A stretch of DNA of 64,000 bases, taken from the NCBI GenBank assembly GCA_013239625.1, contig MU053472.1, positions 992,001-1,056,000 of the forward strand, written 5' to 3'. Under the pieces are notes generated by a model that worked only from the letters and a program-made list of their open reading frames with translations, was not told the DNA's origin and did no database searches. Positions 62,267-64,000 of this stretch are shown here, piece by piece. A program made the translations under genes and the position numbers. This DNA is from Lama guanicoe. Lineage: Eukaryota. The number at the start of each line of letters is the position of its first letter. The first letter of the stretch is position 1.

Positions 62267-64000
62267 CTGCAGGCCAGGGAGGGCAATGGGGTGTCACCAG
62301 CTTGGGCCCATCTGAGCAGGTGATGGAGCCACAGAGCACCCCCGGGGGTGGGAACCGGGAACGCGGGGGCATCCAGAACAGGGTCCAGGTCCCACCAGAG
62401 ACCAACGATGGGCCAGGGCACCTAGCCTCTGGTGTTCCTCCCCTTAAGCCACCAGCCACAGCTGACAGCAGGAGCAGCATCTCTCCCTGGGTGATGCTCC
62501 CAAGTTCTTGAAACAGGAACAGAAGTCTCCGCCACAGACCCACTCATGACCCAGGAGCCCTGTCTTGGCCGTCTCCTCTGCAAACAGCAGAACCTCTGTT
62601 CTAGGGAACTGTCTCCTTTTCTTCCCCCAAATACCCTATACTTCTCTGGGACAGAGCCACTGGCCCTGCTCTCTCCTAAACAGCCTAAAATTCTCCCTAA
62701 AATGGCTTTGAAAGTCTCTCCTCAAGCACAGACCCTAGCCTCTCCCCACCCTACCAGCTAGCCTCTGCACCTTTCCCGACCCCTCCCTTGAGTGGAGAAG
62801 GCCTGACCCTCCTTCCTTCCTTGCCTCCCTTTAACCTCTGCTCCATCTACCAGAGTAGGCACTGAGACTCTTCAGAGGGTGGGGTAACTTGTCACAGGAT
62901 GGCAAGGGACCTCCCAGGGGCATGGGGGCTTCCTGCCTTCCTTGGCCCCAGTCCACCCCTACTCACTCTGGCAGAGGTAAACCCAGATCCCCGCCCTTCA
63001 CGGAACAGAGGCCTGAAGGTCTCTGCTCTGAAGCTCCTACCAGCCCCGCCCCTTAGCCCTGCACGAGGACAAGCAGAGAGAAAGCTTTCGGCAGGTTTTC
63101 ACGTCTCTCCTCTCGGGAAGAGAGGAGACCAGCCAGGAGATTAGATGTTTCTCTTTATCAGGTGTCAGAGCCAGGCATCAGGACAGAACACACTTGGTGT
63201 GAACCTGCCCCAGCGTTCATGGCAGGACAGTGGAGGTTTCCAGCCCTATTGCTGGTCCTCTTAGCAATGTGGGTTTGTGGGGCAGAGAACCCAGCTGCTG
63301 AAGACAAACGGAGTAGGAGAAGTAGATCTCCTGGGGCCAGGGGTGTGACTCTCCTAGGTCTGGGGTCAGAGGTGGGAGTGAAGATGCCTCATAAGATGAT
63401 CCTAATAAAATTACATAATATTCAAGCCGAACGGGGTCTCAGAGGTTTAACATATGTGCCTGATTTTATAGATGGGCAAGTTGAGGTCCAGGTTTAGAGA
63501 CCCACTTACTGTAGGTGAGGACCACAACTTGGATCCTCCAGAAAACTCTCTCAGGGCAAGGGCAGTGCTTCATTTTCCCTGTCCATTGTTTCAATGTTCA
63601 TTGTTCATTTCCAGGCCCAAGCACCTGTTAGGTGCTACATCTGTTGTGAGCAGATGTAAAGAGGACTGGGGGGAAAAAGAAGCATCGCGTGTACGTACTG
63701 CTCTCAGCTTCTCAGAATATTTTCCTACCCTAATATTGCTCCATAATAAAGTCTGGAACTTAAAAACCCATGTCCTGAAGGCTGTGTTTGAGCCATACAT
63801 GGTTTTAAAACATTTTAAATTCACTTCCAACATGGATTGGAAGGTTTCAGTCATTCAGAAAAAAGTATCTATTGAGTGTCTGCAGGCTGAGGCTATAAAA
63901 GAGGATAAAATAGACAAAAATCCTGGCCCTCATGGAGCCAAGGTTTTGGTGAATGGGAGGAGTGGGACCTCACATGAAAATCTTGGCTCCCCACTGCTGT

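Noticed and set aside
62300..64000. Possible upstream DHRS11 exons and the 63162-63497 ORF with a signal-peptide-like stretch
   Set aside because: No TGxxxGIG or NNAG exon found, so this is intron. The plus-strand ORF has a non-ATG start, ends in MIR-like sequence and has no other support.
1..64000. CRISPR arrays, operons, intact retroviral or transposase ORFs, rRNA or snoRNA genes
   Set aside because: None seen; this is spliced mammalian DNA, and the remaining ORF-track entries look like chance ORFs.

Overview
Mammalian genomic DNA, most likely a camelid: it carries many tRNA-Ala-derived SINEs of the vic-1 type. The right ~9 kb holds two minus-strand genes in tandem. DHRS11 is partial (last five coding exons, 62266->60246; the 5' exons lie beyond the window). 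MRM1 is complete (five exons, 58629->55440, 360 aa, with a GC-AG first intron). The left ~54 kb has no credible protein-coding gene. From recalled human 17q12 gene order (DHRS11-MRM1-LHX1), it should be the gene desert toward LHX1. It contains two orphan CpG islands, many short AT-rich islands dense in homeodomain, PBX/MEIS and RFX motifs that look like conserved developmental enhancers, and the usual L1, L2, MIR, MER and MaLR repeats. Four strong CTCF motifs share one orientation, pointing into the desert, which suggests a domain boundary. I found no evidence of a new gene or mobile system. The most notable observations are regulatory architecture and small rearrangement scars (a 52-bp dispersed duplication, a poly(A)-only insertion with target-site duplication). 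Repeat family names and human protein comparisons come from memory, not from searches.
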